64,000 bases of DNA, taken from assembly GCA_963924565.1 (NCBI GenBank), contig OZ004607.1:5642001-5706000 (forward strand). Reading direction: 5' to 3'. Source of the stretch: Ascidiella aspersa (lineage: Eukaryota). Every line of letters starts with the position of its first letter. The first letter of the stretch is position 1. Shown here piece after piece: positions 1 to 11,621 of the stretch. Made by a program: the position numbers and the translations under genes. The notes under the pieces were generated by a model. That model saw only the letters and a list, made by a program, of their open reading frames with translations. It did no database searches and was not told the origin of the DNA.

Positions 1-1001
1 CAAAGCATCACTAAAAAAGGAGGGACGCAACTGTTACCATTTTAATGTTCTATGTACAAGCTCGTATCGAAACGTCTTAAATCAAGATGACCGATCTACT
101 CGACTTTTATTGCTTTCCAATTCATTATCAAGCTATTACAGATCCGTGCGTAGTGTACCTAAGTATATTGGTATCCAATACAGATTAAAGTAAAACATTA
201 ACATTAACTGATTCTGACCAGCGGTGGAAAAACTTCGATTTTAAAGCAACAGACTTACTGTGGCAAAATGTTAGCTACCGACTCACTGTGTCAACAATAT
301 CTAGACAAGTGAAATTAACTGTCTTTGCATTACAGTATAAATGTTGTTTATAATGTTTCCTTTTGTTTTTCAAGGTCCTGCTGTTAGGTCGTTTAAGTCT
401 CAGTCACTAAACTTCGGTTCGCGGCCAGATAAAAAAATCCACATACTTCCTTAATGAAGATGAAGTACATTTGAAATGATTTCGAATGCAATGTAAAGCT
501 AAATTTTAATAAAAGTTTTAACTGCACCACAATTTATTAGAGATCATTACAGTTATTATTGAATAGTTATTTCCCTTGTTTTAACAGTTTTCCGGCCAAA
601 GATCATGAGGACTGAAACTGAGATTTTCGGTCCTTAAAAGTTTAAAAGTTTTCCGATTCCAAAAAGTTTGTTGTAAGTGATTAATGTTATACCTTTTTAC
701 TAGAAAGTTTAACAACCACCGACACAGAAGTATAAAACACATGTGGGTAAAGCAACCTGAATAGTTTATTTAAGTATATTTGACTTGGTTGTAACCCAGC
801 AGTTTTTTTTGTTATTTCAGAAACGAATTCCACCAAAAATTTCTGTAAACTATTTTTTTCTAATTAACGTTTTTTAAACGAAAAACTGTTTTATATGCAT
901 AGAATGCAAAATAATTTACAAAATGTGAGATGATCACCATGAGAATTTACATTTGGGTAATACAATAAGAAAACTAAAAATGTCACAATAAAAATGCTTA
1001 C

Positions 1002-1146
1002 ATTTCCTTCTGCTACGCCCATTGATACTTCAATATTGCCAAGCAGCCTGTGCAGTATGTCCATAAGCTTATCTGAAGTAATGGCCAGGCCGGCATCGGC
1101 TGATATCAGATCTGTATCAGTGCATAGCAGTGGAAGCAAGACTTCT
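1002..1146 (-). CDS. Dynein heavy chain-like gene, coding exon 3 (EVLLPLLCTDT...EVSMGVAEGN); gene continues beyond the window start
   Basis: Acceptor TTGTTATAG|, 145 nt, donor AAT|GTAAGC. Lies within ORF 891..1361. Confidence 0.7.
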
Positions 1147-1220
1147 CTATAACAACAATAATGTATACATGTTATGAGCCATGTTAAGAGATTTTCAGAC
1201 TTGAACAAAAGTAGCAAGAG

Positions 1221-1727
1221 AACAAAAAATACATGACTAATAAGGAGAACTTTTTTTGATGGGTAAAACAAAAAGGAATGTATGCAAAACATTAAATTCA
1301 AATCTAAGTAACATAAAAACAAACTGTGCAATAAGAAAAAAAAACTATTTAACTCAGGCATTAGAAAATAAAATCTTACAATTTATTTACATTAAATTTC
1401 ATTTATGTTATTAATTTGAGTAACTTTTTTGAAAACTCGTGAGAATAACAAAGATTTGAAAATACCATAAACACAAAATACATGACTAATAATGAGAATT
1501 TATTTTGATAGGTAAAATAAATAGGAATGTATGCAAAACATTAAATTCAAATCTAAATAACATAAAAACAAACTGTGCAAGTAGAAAAAAAAACTTCTTT
1601 AACACAGGCATTAGAAAAACATTCTATAATTTTTAATGTAAATTTCCATTTATCTTATAATTTCAGGTAACTTGTTTGCAAACTAATCAGAATAACAAAG
1701 ATTTGGAAATAACATAAACACAAAATA
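1221..1727. repeat. ~250-bp tandem duplication making up most of a dynein-like intron
   Basis: AAAATACATGACTAATAA...GGAATGTATGCAAAACATTAAATTCAAATCTAA...CAGGCATTAGAAAA occurs twice. Confidence 0.85.
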
Positions 1728-1749
1728 AGTGTTTTTTCTTTAAACCAAC

Positions 1750-1877
1750 CTGACAAACATGTCTCCATGTGGTAAGGCATGTGACCAATCCAAACATGTA
1801 AGACCATCATCAAAATTTCCAGAGTGAAGTTGGGAAGCTGTACCAGTTTTCACAAAGCAGATGCATTTTTCAATTAC
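1750..1877 (-). CDS. Dynein heavy chain-like gene, coding exon 2 (VIEKCICFVKTG...PHGDMFVR)
   Basis: Acceptor TGTGTAG|, 128 nt open, phase-2 donor AG|GTTGGT. Phases match both neighbouring exons. Not in the ORF track. Confidence 0.7.
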
Positions 1878-1950
1878 CTACACATTAGCAAGAAATGTTT
1901 ATAAGTTTATAAAATAAATAAAATCAACATTTAAACTAATTTGTAGTTGG

Positions 1951-2060
1951 GGGCACTATGCACGGATCCGTAATGTAGTTGATAATGAATTGCAAAGCCA
2001 AAAAGGTTCAGTAGATCGACATCATCTTGATTAATATGTTTCGATACAAACTTGCATCAT
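1951..2060. repeat. Dispersed repeat family (CACTATGCACGGATCCGTAATGTAG...GTAGATCGACATCATCTTGATTAA)
   Basis: Other copies at ~56-160 (reverse), ~59128-59240 and a partial one at ~52787. Confidence 0.75.
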
Positions 2061-2518
2061 TTTCAGTAAATGAATGAAGTTACAAATGAAGATGATACAA
2101 GTTGGCAGGAAAACATATTTATTAAGATGATGTTGATCTACTTGACCTTGTTGACTTTGCAATTCATTATCAAACCAATTTGTAAATAACGAAAATCTAT
2201 TGTAATATTTGTTTACCTTGCAAGCAAATACATTATACATATATTCAAGCAGTAAAAATGATCAACATCACTTAAAAGTTATATGATTTTAATCAATAAT
2301 ACATTTATTAGTAAAACAATTGTAAAAGACCACAGAAATGGTTTAAAAACTCCTATGTCCTTTAAAGTGGGAAAGAGGCTATTCACCCAGCTCGCCTGTT
2401 AACCAAACAAATTCTTACTATAGTAACCCGGTCCGCAAAAATTACGATACGATTTATTGCTAATTGCGTTTAAGGTTGTGTGAATTTTGAAGCTCGGTAA
2501 ACGGTGGGAAATAACTTT

Positions 2519-2660
2519 GGCGCTGGTCTAGAATCCTACCACAACAAACATTATTTGGGTTAGGGTGCGGGTTAGCGTTTGGGTATAGGTAAACCATTAT
2601 TATTAAATATTATAATATTTGACACACCCTCTCCAAACACTACCAAATGTTGTGCAGCTA
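2519..2660. mobile_element. Partial copy of the same GGCGCTGGTCTAGAATCC MITE family
   Basis: Left TIR intact, internal sequence similar, right end decayed. Confidence 0.7.
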
Positions 2661-2811
2661 AGGCATAGTACAAGAAGGTACATATCTTAGTTGCAATTGC
2701 AATTCTATAGCTGTTTGTCAAAGTTTAAATTTCAAACTTTGGCGACGGACTCATTCTTCCATATATAGCCTTTCCGACAAGTAATGGTAAGGTTTTTATC
2801 TTTATCATTAC

Positions 2812-3027
2812 CTTTTTAGGTGCGTTCAGTGAAACCTTAAGTCCCCCTCCCTTGTCTTCAGAAGCAAAAAATACAAACAAACGATGCGCTTCATCGTTTG
2901 AGAAAAATTCAATAAAGGTTGCTCTTGTTTCATCTCGAACAAAGATTCCCCTTAGCTCATCAGCTCTCGGTCGCAGAGACGTAGAAATTCTCGATTCCAG
3001 CCATTTTAACTTTTCATCTGTATCCAT
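2812..3027 (-). CDS. Probable axonemal dynein heavy chain-like gene, coding exon 1 (MDTDEKLKWLESRISTSLRPR...LNAPKK)
   Basis: ATG at 3027, 72 codons, phase-0 donor AAG|GTAATG. Splices in frame to 1877-1750 and 1146-1002. The joined peptide resembles dynein heavy chain N-termini from memory (e.g. REVLLPLL...SDKLMDILHRL); no search was run. Confidence 0.65.
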
Positions 3028-3485
3028 GTTAGTTATAATGACTTCATTCTAACAAAAATAAATCAACATAAAGAGTTATCATGTTTAGTACATTTTAAAA
3101 TAAAATAATTACTTCAAAAATATAAAATTCCATGCAGAACTTCTGGCACTGATCTACATTCCTACCACACTTCATTTGTCTTGAGGTTTATATTGGAAAC
3201 ATTATTTTGATTAGCGTGTGAGTTTTGTTATTATTATATAGTGGGTCAAATATTTTTTATATATTGATTCTCCCATATTTATTTATTTCTTGATTTTGAC
3301 AGCTCATTTTGTTGCGATAAAAAAAGTGGTAGTATTCCAGACCAGTGCAGAACTTTTAATAATCTGAACTTTCCAGTGCAAAACTTTTAACAATCTGAAT
3401 TAAAAGTAATCAGCTTGCATTCCCAAGTTGTTTTAAAGCAATTTGTATGGTCAGCCGATTTTGTAAATTGAACATCTAAATTTTA

Positions 3486-3688
3486 GGCGCTGGTCTAGAA
3501 TCCTACCACAACGAAACACCATTTGGGTTAGGGTACAGGTTAGCGTTTGGGTTAAGGTAAGTCCAGTACTATTATTAAATTTGGAATATAATAATACTTG
3601 ACCCACCCACACCCAAACGCTAACCCGCATGCTAACTCAAATTTTGTGCGTTGATTTTAGATCTGTGGTAGGATTCTAGACCAGCGCC
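3486..3688. mobile_element. MITE with perfect 25-bp TIRs and 8-bp TSD; internal telomere-like GGGTTAGGG motifs
   Basis: GGCGCTGGTCTAGAATCCTACCACA ... TGTGGTAGGATTCTAGACCAGCGCC, flanked by AAATTTTA on both sides. Confidence 0.9.
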
Positions 3689-3864
3689 AAATTTTATCCT
3701 GTGTTTGCTTAAAACTATATATGTGACACGCAAAACAAACACTCTCATATACAAAAATTTGGAGCTGGATACAAAAGATTTCACAAAAAGTGCAACGACA
3801 TTCAGACTTTTCAGTGCAGAATGAATCGGCAGATAGTAAAAAGTGATCATTAATTGCGGAGTCC

Positions 3865-4029
3865 AAACAATTATTAAATCAACGCACAATATTTGCGTTA
3901 GAGTGCGGTTTGGGTATGGGTGGATCAAATACTATTATATTTATTATTTTATAATCCTTGACCGACCCGAACACTAACAGGCACCCTAACCAAATACTGT
4001 GTATTGTGATAGGAATATATACCAGCGCC
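3865..4029. mobile_element. Degenerate copy of the same MITE family
   Basis: Internal sequence matches the 21144 copy (AAACAATTATTAAATCAACGCACAATATTTG); ends in ACCAGCGCC. Confidence 0.65.
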
Positions 4030-4473
4030 CTATTTGCACTAATCAAAATTGCGTCCATAGTTTTATGCACACAACACTTGTTATGGTAAACTTTATTCTA
4101 ATTTGAGAAGCATTAGACAAGCTTTTTAAAACAGTAGAATGTATTTAGATAATGGAGGTCACACAACATACGTCTTTATAAGAACATATACTAAAAAACA
4201 TGGTGGTAAAGTATAACTAGCTTGCTCTAGCTGTCTTACATGGATAAAAAAGAGTTAGGAACTATTGCACAAACAATTAAATTTCAATTAGCTCTTGTAC
4301 CAGCATATCTACATTATTTGGTGTTTTGTTCTTTGAAATGCAAAAGACGTGCAAAAAATGTAAAGGTATTTGAATATTTGCTTGCTGGCGTCGTTTAAGT
4401 TTTTATTCTATTTCAAAAACCTATTTTTATAATGTATCATTGTTAACTGAACCTACTCAGCCGTGTCGATCGC

Positions 4474-4488
4474 GTTGTTATAGACAAC
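4474..4488. promoter_or_regulatory. Candidate RFX X-box upstream of the dynein-like gene
   Basis: GTTGTTATAGACAAC is an imperfect palindrome of X-box type (GTT...AAC) in a small CpG-containing patch ~1.45 kb upstream of the ATG. A minus-strand donor-like GTAGGT lies just downstream (~4451-4456). Confidence 0.45.
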
Positions 4489-4907
4489 TAAGCACGCGAC
4501 GCTATAGAATACTTAATAGTAATAAGTGTTTTATGAATTAAATATATTTTGTTATAGAACTGATTTAATCTTGCAAATATAATTTTATCATTTTCTAACT
4601 ATAGACTAAAAGGCTCTCAAATTGTACGTCGCGACGCCATGGTACGTTGTTTTGATATTTCAAAGACATCGGTTCATGATTTTGTTTCCCATATGGAGTC
4701 AAGTGCGATAATAAAATAAAAACATATATTTCTATTTTATGTCACATGCACTCGAACTCATTGTTTTGCAATACTTCATGTTTAGCAATCGCAAATTATT
4801 TTCAGAAAAACAAATAAATAAATTTGTTTGTTGTAAAAATTCAATGAAATTCCTTACATCTTAATATGAGTCGCCAGTCAAGTCAAAAATGAAACGTTAT
4901 ACAGAAA

Positions 4908-7900
4908 GCATCAACGTCGGAATTAAACAGAGTTCGGATTAAGACCAGAATTGAACTAATATATAATTGTCGTATTATCGTATTAATCAAAATAAGTCCT
5001 AAACCCGACGAAGTAAGGCATTCTTCTCATGACCTACACTTCTATTTACCACAAACCCCACCCCTACTAACTTCCTAAACATTTCAACCCTAATCAATTT
5101 ATATTTTGTGTTGGTATTATTATTATTTTGTGTTGGTATTTTTGTTTTGTGTTGGTATTATAATTTTGTGTTGGTATTAAAATTTTGTGTTGGTATTTTT
5201 GTTTTGTGTTGGTTTTGTCATTTTGTGTTGGTGTTATTATTTTGTGTTGGTATTTTTGTTTTGTGTTGGTATTATCATTTTGTGTTGGTAAGTCGGTTTT
5301 ATTGATTGTGTTGTTATTTGAAGCGAAAGTACGACCCTTTTTTGTCTAAAAATTGGACTCTAGTCATAAGACCAAAATAAGAACAGCACCAACGTCCGAA
5401 TAAAACAGAGCTCGGATTAAGACCAGAATGGGACTAATACATAAGTAATAGTCGTATTACCGTATGAATCAAAATAATTCCTAAACCCGACGAAGTAAGG
5501 CCTTCTTCTCATGATCTACACTTTAACTTACCACAAACCCCACCCCTACTAACTTCCTAATCATTTCAACCCTAATCAACATTATATTTTGTGTTGTTAT
5601 ATTTTTTTTGTGTTAGTATTAAAATTTTGTGTTGCTATTTTTGTTTTGAGTTGGTATTATTATTTTGTGTTGGAATTTATTTTGACTTGGGATTTTTGTT
5701 TTGTGTTGGTATTATTATTTCGTGTTGGCATGTTGGTTTTACTATTTGTGTTGTTATTTGATGCGAAAGTACGACCCTTTTTTTGTATAAAAATTGGACT
5801 CCAGTTATGTGTTGGTATTATTATTTTAAGTTGGTATTTTTGTTTTGTGTTGGTATTGAAAATTTGTGTTGGTATTTTTGTTTTGAGTTGGTGTTTTTGT
5901 TTTTTGTTGGCATTATTATTTTGTGTTGGTATTATTATTTTAAGTTGGTATTTTTGTTTTGTGTTGGTATTTTTGTTTTTTGTTGGTATTATTATTTTGT
6001 GTTGGTATTGTTATTTTGTGTTGGTATTATTATTTTGACTTGGGATTTTTGTTTTGTGTTGGTATTATTATTTCGTGTTGGGATGTTGTTTTTACTATTT
6101 GTGTTGTTATTTGATGCGAAAGTACGACCCTTTTTTGTCTAAAAATTGAACGACTTGGTATTTATGGTTTGTGTTGGTATTATTATTTTGTGTTGGTATT
6201 ATTATTTTAAGTTGGGATTTTTGTTTTGTGTTGGTATTATTGTTTTTTGTTGGCATGTTGTTTTTACTATTTGTGCTGTTATTTAATGCGAAAGTACGAC
6301 CCTTTTATTGTCTAAAAATTGGACTCTAGTCATAAGACCAAAATAAGAACAGCATCAACGTCGGAATAAAACAAAGTTCGGATTAAGACCAGAATGGGTC
6401 TAATACATAAGTAATAGTCGTATTACCGTATAAATCAAAATAAGTCCTAAACCCGACGAAGTAAGGCATTCTTTTCATGATATACACTTCAATTTACCAC
6501 AAACCCCACTCCTACGAACTTTCCTAATCATTTCAACCCTAATCAATATTATATTTTGTGTTGGTTTTGTCATTTTAGGTTGGTATTATTATTTTGTGTT
6601 GGTATTTTTGTTTTTTGTTGGTATTATTATTTTGTGTTGGTATTATTATTTTAAGTTGGTATTTTTGTTTTGTGTTGGTATTAAAATTTTGTGTTGGTAT
6701 TTTTGTTTTGAGTTGGTATTTTTGTTTTTTGTTGGTATAATTATTTTGTGTTGGTATTATTATTTTAAGTTAGGGTTTTTGTTTTCTGTTGGTATTATTA
6801 TTTCGTGTTGGCATGTTGGTTTTACTATTTGTGTTGTTATTTAATGCGAAAGTACGACCCTTTTATTGTCTAAAAATTGGACTCTAGTCATAAGATCAAA
6901 ATAAGAACAGCATCAACGTCGGAATAAAACAAAGTTCGGATTAAGACCAGAATGGGTCTAGTACATAAGTAATAGTCGTATTACCGTATATATCAAAATA
7001 AGTCCTAAACCCGACGAAGTAAGGCATTCTTTTCATGATATACACTTCAATTTACAACAAACCCCACTCCTACGAACTTTCCTAATCATTTCAACCCTAA
7101 TCAATATTATATTTTGTGTTGGTTTTGTCATTTTAGGTTGGTATTATTATTTTGTGTTGGTATTATTATTTTAAGCTGGTATTTTTGTTTTGCGTTGGTA
7201 TTAAAATTTTGAGTTGGTATTTTTGTTTTGAGTTGGTATTTTTGTTTTTTGTTGGTATAATTATTTTGTGTTGGTATATTTGTTTTGAGTTGGTATTTTT
7301 GTTTTTTGTTGGTATAATTATTTTGTGTTGGTATTTTTGTTTTGAGTTGGTATTTTTGTTTTGTGTTGGTATTATTATTTTGTGTTGGTATTATTATTTT
7401 AAGTTGGGGTTTTTGTTTTCTGTTGGTATTATTATTTCGTGTTGGCATGTTGGTTTTACTATTTGTGCTGTTATTTAATGCGAAAGTACGACCCTTTTAT
7501 TGTCTAAAAATTGGACTCTAGTCATAAGATCAAAATAAGAACAGCATCAACGTCGGAATAAAACAAAGTTCGGATTAAGACCAGAATGGGTCTAGTACAT
7601 AAGTAATAGTCGTATTACCGTATATATCAAAATAAGTCCTAAACCCGACGAAGTAAGGCATTCTTTTCATGATATACACTTCAATTTACAACAAACCCCA
7701 CTCCTACGAACTTTCCTAATCATTTCAACCCTAATCAATATTATATTTTGTGTTGGTTTTGTCATTTTAGGTTGGTATTATTATTTTGTGTTGGTATTTT
7801 TGTTTTTTGTTGGTATTTTTATTTTGTGTTGGTATTATTATTTTAAGTTGGTATTTTTGTTTTGCGTTGGTATTAAAATTTTGAGTTGGTATTTTTGTTT

Positions 7901-10460
7901 TGAGTTGGTATTTTTGTTTTTTGTTGGTATAATTATTTTGTGTTGGTATATTTGTTTTGAGTTGGTATTTTTGTTTTTTGTTGGTATAATTATTTTGTGT
8001 TGGTATTTTTGTTTTGAGTTGGTATTTTTGTTTTGTGTTGGTATTATTATTTTAAGTTGGGGTTTTTGTTTTCTGTTGGTATTATTATTTCGTGTTGGCA
8101 TGTTGGTTTTACTATTTGTGCTGTTATTTAATGCGAAAGTACGACCCTTTTATTGTCTAAAAATTGGACTCTAGTCATAAGACCAAAATAAGAACAGCAT
8201 CAACGTCGGAATAAAACAAAGTTCGGATTAAGACCAGAATGGGTCTAATACATAAGTAATAGTCGTATTACCGTATAAATCAAAATAAGTCCTAAACCCG
8301 ACGAAGTAAGGCATTCTTTTCATGATATACACTTCAATTTACCACAAACCCCACTCCTACGAACTTTCCTAATCATTTCAACCCTAATCAATATTATATT
8401 TTGTGTTGGTTTTGTCATTTTAGGTTGGTATTATTATTTTGTGTTGGTATTTTTGTTTTTTGTTGGTATTATTATTTTGTGTTGGTATTATTATTTTAAG
8501 TTGGTATTTTTGTTTTGTGTTGGTATTAAAATTTTGTGTTGGTATTTTTGTTTTGAGTTGGTATTTTTGTTTTTTGTTGGTATAATTATTTTGTGTTGGT
8601 ATTATTATTTTAAGTTAGGGTTTTTGTTTTCTGTTGGTATTATTATTTCGTGTTGGCATGTTGGTTTTACTATTTGTGTTGTTATTTAATGCGAAAGTAC
8701 GACCCTTTTATTGTCTAAAAATTGGACTCTAGTCATAAGATCAAAATAAGAACAGCATCAACGTCGGAATAAAACAAAGTTCGGATTAAGACCAGAATGG
8801 GTCTAGTACATAAGTAATAGTCGTATTACCGTATATATCAAAATAAGTCCTAAACCCGACGAAGTAAGGCATTCTTTTCATGATATACACTTCAATTTAC
8901 AACAAACCCCACTCCTACGAACTTTCCTAATCATTTCAACCCTAATCAACAATATATTTTGTGTTGGTTTTGTCATTTTAGGTTGGTATTATTATTTTGT
9001 GTTGGTATTATTATTTTAAGTTGGGATTTAGTTTTGTGTTGGTATGATTGTTTCGTGTTGGCATGTTGGTTTTACGATTTGTGTTGTTAATTGAGGCGAA
9101 ACTACGACCTTTTTTGTCTAAAAATTGGACTCCAGTTATGTGTTGGTATTATTATTTATTTTGGTATTTTTGTTTTTTGTTGGTATTTTTGTTTTGTGTT
9201 GGTATTAAAATTTTGTGTTGGTATTTTAGTTTTTTGTTGGTATTTTTGTTTTGTGTTGGTTTTAAAATTTTGTGTTGGTATTTTTGTTTTGAGTTGGTAA
9301 TTTTGTTTTTTGTTGGTATTATTATTTTGTGTTGGTATTTCTATTTTAAGTTGGGATTTTTGTTTTGTGTTGGTATTATTGTTTTGTGTTGGCATGTTGG
9401 TTTACTATTTGTGTCGTTATTTGATGCGAAAGTACGACCCTTTTTTGGTCTAAAAATTGAACTCTAGTCATAGGACGAAAATAAGAACAGCATCAACGTC
9501 GGAATAAAACGGAGCTCGGATTAAGACCAGATTGGGACTAATACATAAGTAATAGTCGTATTACATTGTGACTCAAAATAAGTCCTAAATCCGGCAAAGT
9601 AAGGATTTCTTCTCATGATCTCCACTTTAACTTACCCCAAACCCAACTCCTACTAACTTTCCTAATCATTTCAACCCTAATCAACTTTATGTTTTGTGTT
9701 GGTATTATTATTTTGTGTTGGTATTTTTGTTTTTTGTTGGTATTATTATTTTGTGTTGGTATTATTATTTTAAGTTGGGATTTTGTTTTTTGTTGGTATT
9801 ATTGTTTTGTGTTGGCATGTTGTTTTTACTATTTGTGTTGTTGTTTAATGCGAAAGTGCGACCCTTTTTTTGTCTAAAAATTGGACTCTAGTCATAAGAC
9901 CAAAATAAGAACAGCACCAACGTCCGAATAAAACAGAGTTCGGATGAAGACCAGAATGGGACTAATACATAAGTAATAATCGTATTACCGTATAAATCAA
10001 AATAAGTCCTAAACCCGACGAAGTAAGGCATTCTTCTCATGATCTACACTTCAATTTACCACAAACCCCACTCCTACTAACTTTCTTAATCATTTCAACC
10101 CTAATCAACATTATATTTTGTGTTGGTATTTTTTTTCGTTAGTTTTGTCATTTTGGGTTGGTATTATTATTTTGTGCTGGTATTATTATTTTGACTTGGG
10201 ATTTTTGCTTTGTGTTGGTATTATTATTCCGTGTTGGCATGTTGGTTTTACTATTTGTGTTGTTATTTGATGCGAAAGTACGACCCTATTTTTGTCTAAA
10301 AATTGGATTCAGTTATGTGTTGGTATTATTATTTTGAGTTGGTATTTTTGTTTTGTGTTGGTATTAAAATTTTGTGTTGGTATTTTTGTTTTTTGTTGGT
10401 ATTATTATTTTGTGTTGGTATTATTATTTTAATAAGCAGATATGCGGCCCATATCTGCTT
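4908..10460. repeat. Composite tandem repeat: ~200-bp block A + variable (GTGTTGGTATT[ATTA/TTTG/AAAA]TTTT)n 19-mers + ~100-bp block C, ending in a hairpin
   Basis: Block A (GCATCAACGTCGGAAT...AACCCTAATCAA) starts at 4908, 5386, 6352, 6910, 7544, 8197, 8755, 9490 and 9914. Block C (GCGAAAGTACGACCC) occurs about 12 times. Terminal hairpin at 10434-10460. Confidence 0.95.
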
Positions 10461-11611
10461 TTGCTTGCAGAACAAGTTAAGGAAATTACAAAGTAGGCAA
10501 CGTTTATACTAAATCACAAAGCAAAGTCAAACTAATAATGTTTGAAAAAGTCAAATTAAAGTCAAATTAATATAATTTAAACCAAAGTCAAATTAAAAAT
10601 AAATTTCAATCCTGATAAGTAACGCTATTTATAACGGTCCACTAGCACAAAATTTTATTTTAATAAAAAAATATATAATATAATAAAAAAAATCAGATAA
10701 AATAATCCAAAACTTTAATCCACATTTTTGTTGCATTAATCTGTTTTGAGCAACGAAAATTTTTAATCATGTACGCAGTGTTTTTTTTAAGGTGTTTTGG
10801 GGGACCGAAACGGTCCCCCAAATTTCTCCACCGGTTTTTCAAATTTTGGACTCGCAACTTTTTGGTATTTAAATGAAACACTTGCGGTCTCTTAAAACTA
10901 CTTAGGGGTCACCCAAACCAATGCGGTATATTGCCCTTGAGTATGGTAAGTACGAGTCAAGAAAAAAAACGATCTATATCTTCAGGTTTAAGCGCAAAAT
11001 TCATTTTCAGAGTTGTAGGAGTATAATATTAAATTACTATATATATAAATATATATACCAACTCGTGCACCAAAGTATAAAAGAGAAAAAAATTACAAAC
11101 CTGTAAAAAGGGCTTGTTTGACAACAGATATTTTTAACAAATTTTCCTTCAACAAGGATTTGTTGTTGCCACTACAGCCTAAAAGGTATATTGTGAAAGC
11201 ATTAATCGAAACAAAAGCAATCTACTTTAGCAACCTATGGCGATAAATATTAAAACAATATTAAGAAAAATAAGCTATTTAAGCAACGAGTCGCATCTAA
11301 GAACCATCAAAATTTTGAGACTTTACATTTTATTTCATTCACCTTTAGTAAAAGCACGGACAACAAATATACTGCATAATAGTTATCCTTTTTTGTGCGT
11401 GTATTTTTACAATACTGAAGAAATAGCCGTCATGGTCCCATGAAAAGGCACCCCCAAACGCAGCGACTGTCAACTGTTTAAACAGCATTCAGTAGTTTGA
11501 AAACATTTGGGACATGGCTGCATGTTTGCGCTCGAGTTCGCTGGAGAACAGCAGGTATTTTAAAGGTTAATTGTTTTATGATTTAACGTTATAAATTAAC
11601 GGCCATGCAAA

Positions 11612-11621
11612 GGAAAATCCC
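11612..11621 (-). promoter_or_regulatory. Consensus NF-kappaB site GGGATTTTCC
   Basis: Plus strand GGAAAATCCC matches GGGRNWYYCC; function untested. Confidence 0.3.

Noticed and set aside
4908-10460. CRISPR-like repeat/spacer array
   Set aside because: The context is eukaryotic, the conserved blocks are 100-200 bp, the 'spacers' are minisatellites rather than unique sequence, and there are no cas genes.
5108-10512. Hydrophobic (CWYYYF/VLVLLF) and K/N/Q-rich ORFs
   Set aside because: They are translations of the 19-nt G/T-rich repeat in all frames.
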